Of a DNA stretch of 12,475 bases, positions 9,628-12,475 are shown in pieces. Position 1 is the first letter of the stretch. The number at the start of each line of letters is the position of its first letter. A model generated the notes under the pieces. The model did no database searches, was not told the origin of the DNA, and worked only from the letters and a program-made list of their open reading frames with translations. The position numbers were made by a program, and so were the translations under genes. Source of the stretch: Octopus sinensis (taxonomy: Eukaryota). The stretch covers positions 1 to 12,475 of the forward strand of contig NW_021826597.1 in assembly GCF_006345805.1 (NCBI RefSeq), read 5' to 3'.

Positions 9628-9725
<98 letters not shown>

Positions 9726-9768
9726 TTATCTAACTATCTATCTATTTATCTATCTCTCTGCCTATCTA
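9281..9768. repeat. Large compound (TATC)n array with three TCCA/TCCG/TCTG cassettes (higher-order repeat of about 130-150 bp), degenerate at the right edge
   Basis: Cassettes at about 9288-9348, 9421-9485 and 9573-9630. Confidence 0.95.
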
Positions 9769-9770
9769 TT

Positions 9771-9925
9771 GTCTTCACGTTCTTAGTTCAAATTCCGCCG
9801 TGGTCGACTTCGCTTTTCATCCTTTCGGGGTCGATAAATTAAGTACTAGTTGCGTACTGGGTTCGATCTAATCGACTGACTCCCTCCCTCAAAATTTCGG
9901 GCCTTGTGCCTAGAGTAGAAAAGAT
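9771..9925 (+). mobile_element. 5'-truncated tRNA-derived SINE-like copy (octopus-type)
   Basis: B-box-like TAGTTCAAATTCC followed by GTCGACTT..CTTTTCATCCTTTCGGGGTCGATAAA. Clearly homologous to 10635-10740. Family identity is from recall only. Confidence 0.7.
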
Positions 9926-10011
9926 TATATATATAAACTATCTACTTATTCTTCCATCTACTATCCCTCTATAAACTGCGAATTCCCTGTCTAGAACATT
10001 CATATATACCT

Positions 10012-10089
10012 TGTCTCTGATGACGTAATACCCAGCGTATGGCGACGCTTACCTATAACTTTGGATATCCCCGAAACAGCTGTAAGGTA
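10012..10089 (+). ncRNA. Degenerate minimal type I hammerhead-ribozyme-like motif, possibly a Penelope-like element relic
   Basis: TGTCT-CTGATGA (10017-10023) ... C-GAAA (10073-10076), palindromic ACAGCTGT, GTA triplet, then AGGTA pairing with TGTCT. Base of stem II is poorly paired. Confidence 0.45.
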
Positions 10090-10201
10090 TCCATTAATAA
10101 ATAAATTAATTAGTAACTCAAATTCACCTTACTCTAATTAAATATTGTAATTGACTTGAGATACTCGTCCTGCTTTGGCTTTTGTTGTACTTTCCCCCCT
10201 A

Positions 10202-10210
10202 ATATATATC

Positions 10211-10253
<43 letters not shown>
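10202..10253. repeat. (TA)n(TG)n microsatellite
   Basis: Read directly from the sequence. Confidence 0.95.
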
Positions 10254-10256
<3 letters not shown>

Positions 10257-10570
10257 AATTTTAAATAACAAAATAATATATGCATGTGTAGTCATTGAAT
10301 AGAAAAAAGTTGTTTATAAAAATACACACAAAGGTACAGGAAATTGGAAAACTATATAAATAAAGATTGCGTATATATTGATACAAATACGCAAAAAAAT
10401 TACACCCACACATACATGTTTATACACACATACACATATGCAAACAATGCCAATAGGGAAAGGAAAGCGAAGGGGAAAAGCAGAGATCATATCGTGTAAT
10501 ACAAGTATTTAGTGTAAAACTTTCAGTGGATCCCTTTATCTACCTGCGCATATGTATGACAACATATATA

Positions 10571-10775
10571 GGCGGCTAGCTGGCAGAAACATTAGCGCGC
10601 CGGGCGAAATGCTTAGCGGTAATTCGGCTGTCGTTACGTTCTGAGCTCAAATTCCGCCGAGGTCGACTTTGCCTTTCATCCTTTCGGGGTCGATAAATAA
10701 AGTACCAGTTTCGCACTGGGGTCAATGTAATCGACTTAATCCGTTTGTCTGTCCTTGTTGTGGGCAGTAAAGAAA
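10571..10775 (+). mobile_element. tRNA-derived SINE-like copy with head (octopus-type), same family as 9771-9925
   Basis: A-box-like AGCTGGCAGAA near 10578 and B-box-like GAGCTCAAATTCC at 10643-10655. Body shared with 9771-9890; the 3' tail differs. Confidence 0.72.
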
Positions 10776-10794
10776 TATATATATATTTATGTAT

Positions 10795-10798
<4 letters not shown>

Positions 10799-10825
<27 letters not shown>

Positions 10826-10833
10826 AGAAAGAA

Positions 10834-10867
<34 letters not shown>

Positions 10868-10898
10868 GGAGAGAGAGAGAGAGAGAGAGAAGGAGAGA
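10799..10898. repeat. (AG)n purine microsatellite
   Basis: Read directly from the sequence. Confidence 0.95.
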
Positions 10899-11095
10899 TT
10901 GAACTGTCTCAAGTGTAATTGCCCTAAACAGTAAGGACTTCAGGTAACTTGACAGAGGAAAGAAGGCTACGAATGACCCGTCTCTTTTCACCTGTTCTTC
11001 TAATTGTTGTTTCTTCTGTCTGCTTTTGTATCGTCTATCTGTCTGAATATTTTATTGTCCTCTATTGCGTTTGTGTTCCATTATGTATATATATA

Positions 11096-11238
11096 TAAGA
11101 AGCTTGATTCCCAACCACATGACGCGGGGTTCAGTCCAACTGCGCGGAACCTTGGACAGCGGGGTCTTCTACTATAACCTCGGGCCGACCGAAGCCTTAT
11201 GAGTGAATTTGGTAGACGGAAACTGAAAGAAGCCCGTC

Positions 11239-11279
<41 letters not shown>

Positions 11280-11510
11280 TGTGTGTGTGCGTGTATCCAT
11301 GTCTATGTGTTTTTGTCTTTCCATCATCACCTGACAACCGATGTTAGTGTTTTTACATCCCCCTAACCGTGCGGTTCGGAAAAAGTGACGATAGAATAAA
11401 TATTAAGCTTACAAAGAAAAAGTGTTGAGGTCGATTGCTTCGATTAAAAGAACCTTTAAGGCTGTGCTCCAGCATGGGCGCAGTCAAATGAGTGAAAGAA
11501 GAGAAAGAAT
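11096..11510 (+). mobile_element. Diverged tRNA-derived SINE-like copy of a second family, with internal (TG)n at about 11243-11292
   Basis: B-box-like GGTTCAGTCC at 11128-11137, degenerate CORE-like ACCTTGGACAG, GGTAGACGGAAACTGAAAGAAGCCCGTCGT before the TG run, and a tail GCTCCAGCATGG..GCAGTCAAATGA. Resemblance to abundant octopus SINEs is from recall. Confidence 0.62.
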
Positions 11511-11517
11511 AAGAGAA

Positions 11518-11519
11518 TA

Positions 11520-11590
<71 letters not shown>
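11518..11590. repeat. (TA)n(TG)n microsatellite
   Basis: Read directly from the sequence. Confidence 0.95.
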
Positions 11591-11593
<3 letters not shown>

Positions 11594-11875
11594 AGTGTAT
11601 GAATGTGTTTATTTACGTGTATTTGTGTGTGTGCACAAAGCTTACGCTAGTACGGACGCAAATGTATACAAATAGAGGAATACACAAATTTACACATGCA
11701 CATTTACATGTTCATACATGTGCACACAAGAACACTCCACACACGCATGCACCCACACACGCACGCACACACACACACAAACATGCAAATATACAAAACG
11801 TCATCGTCTTTCTCCAATGTCTTCTACGTTTACCTTAAGATTTCGCTATTTCACACTGTTTTTCCTTTGCACTGT

Positions 11876-11975
11876 CACTCTTTCTCTCAAGTCTCTCTGT
11901 TCCCCTATCTCTCCCCCTCTCTTTTCCTCTCTCTCTCTCTGTCCTCGTCCCCCCTCTTTCTCTCTCTTTCTCTCC
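11876..11975. repeat. CT-rich pyrimidine low-complexity tract
   Basis: Read directly from the sequence. Confidence 0.8.
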
Positions 11976-12140
11976 TGTAAAAAGATGACACTGGATGCCA
12001 TAGGCAAAAAAAAAAAAAATCAACCACATTTTCCAAGCTTGCCACATTTATAGTGAAAAAAAAGAGAGAAAATTAAGTTAGTACCCAAGAACTTACCCCA
12101 CCAACTTCTCAGACTCTATTTTTCATGCATTTAATGTGCT

Positions 12141-12425
12141 TCAGGCTCCCAATCTTGATGTAGTGAGTTCGATTCCAGGACCAGGCTGTGTGTTGTGTTT
12201 ATTTCACATTGCTCCGGTTCATTCAGCTGTAGAAATGAGTTGCAACATCACTGGTGCCAAGCTGTATCAGCATATGTCTTTCCCTTGGATGATGACATCG
12301 GTGGCGTGGAGAGAAGAGGCTGGTATGCATGGACGACTGCTGCTCTTCTGTAAACAACCAGACGTGTCCCTCGGAGGAAAACTTTCTTGGTGCAATCCCA
12401 TGGTCATTGACGACCGAAGGGGGAC
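12141..12425 (+). mobile_element. Possible third SINE-like repeat (tRNA-type B box)
   Basis: GAGTTCGATTCC at 12165-12176 followed by CATTGCTCC.GTTCATTCAGCTGTAGAAATGAG, which resembles SINE central domains. Boundaries are uncertain. Confidence 0.45.
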
Positions 12426-12475
12426 TTCACTTTTACTTTAATGTGTTACTTCAAATGGGACGGCCCTTAAATAAA

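Noticed and set aside
3386-9768. Target-site duplications flanking individual copies
   Set aside because: They cannot be defined inside a perfect tandem repeat, so none is claimed.
9170-9842. 187-aa and 197-aa ORFs rich in LSIY/SIHP/SVRP (also 3157-3648 and 3345-3527)
   Set aside because: These are translations of (TATC)n/(TCYR)n repeats, which lack stops in these frames; there is no protein signal.
10900-11000. Possible small host exon (CAG|GTAACT donor-like at about 10944)
   Set aside because: There is no convincing acceptor, no recognisable peptide and no supporting neighbouring exons.
11422-12053. ORFs of 94-138 aa with YIYI, CVCV, HTHT and LSLS runs (also 10722-10991)
   Set aside because: They are read-throughs of dinucleotide microsatellites and SINE sequence.

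Overview
Eukaryotic, repeat-rich DNA. The host is probably a cephalopod (octopus-like), inferred from recalled SINE sequences and dense microsatellites. Bases 1-9280 form a head-to-tail, same-strand array of one L1-clade, Tx1-like non-LTR retrotransposon embedded in a (TATC)n/(GATA)n microsatellite. The array holds two long, near-identical copies (A: 1-3385, entering inside the APE endonuclease; B: 4480-9280, 5'-truncated in ORF1) and three 3'-end-only copies (3517-3600, 3608-3976, 4062-4414). All five 3' ends stop at essentially the same motif (A(A)TAAAGAAAC(A)) and run straight into TATC repeats with no poly(A) tail, which suggests a GATA-repeat-targeted element with a structured 3' UTR. ORF2 (APE-RT-CCHC) is broken by small indels at different places in A and B, so a near-intact consensus looks recoverable. 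Bases 9281-12475 hold a compound TCYR microsatellite, several tRNA-derived SINE-like copies, simple repeats and a degenerate minimal hammerhead-like motif. I found no supportable host gene.
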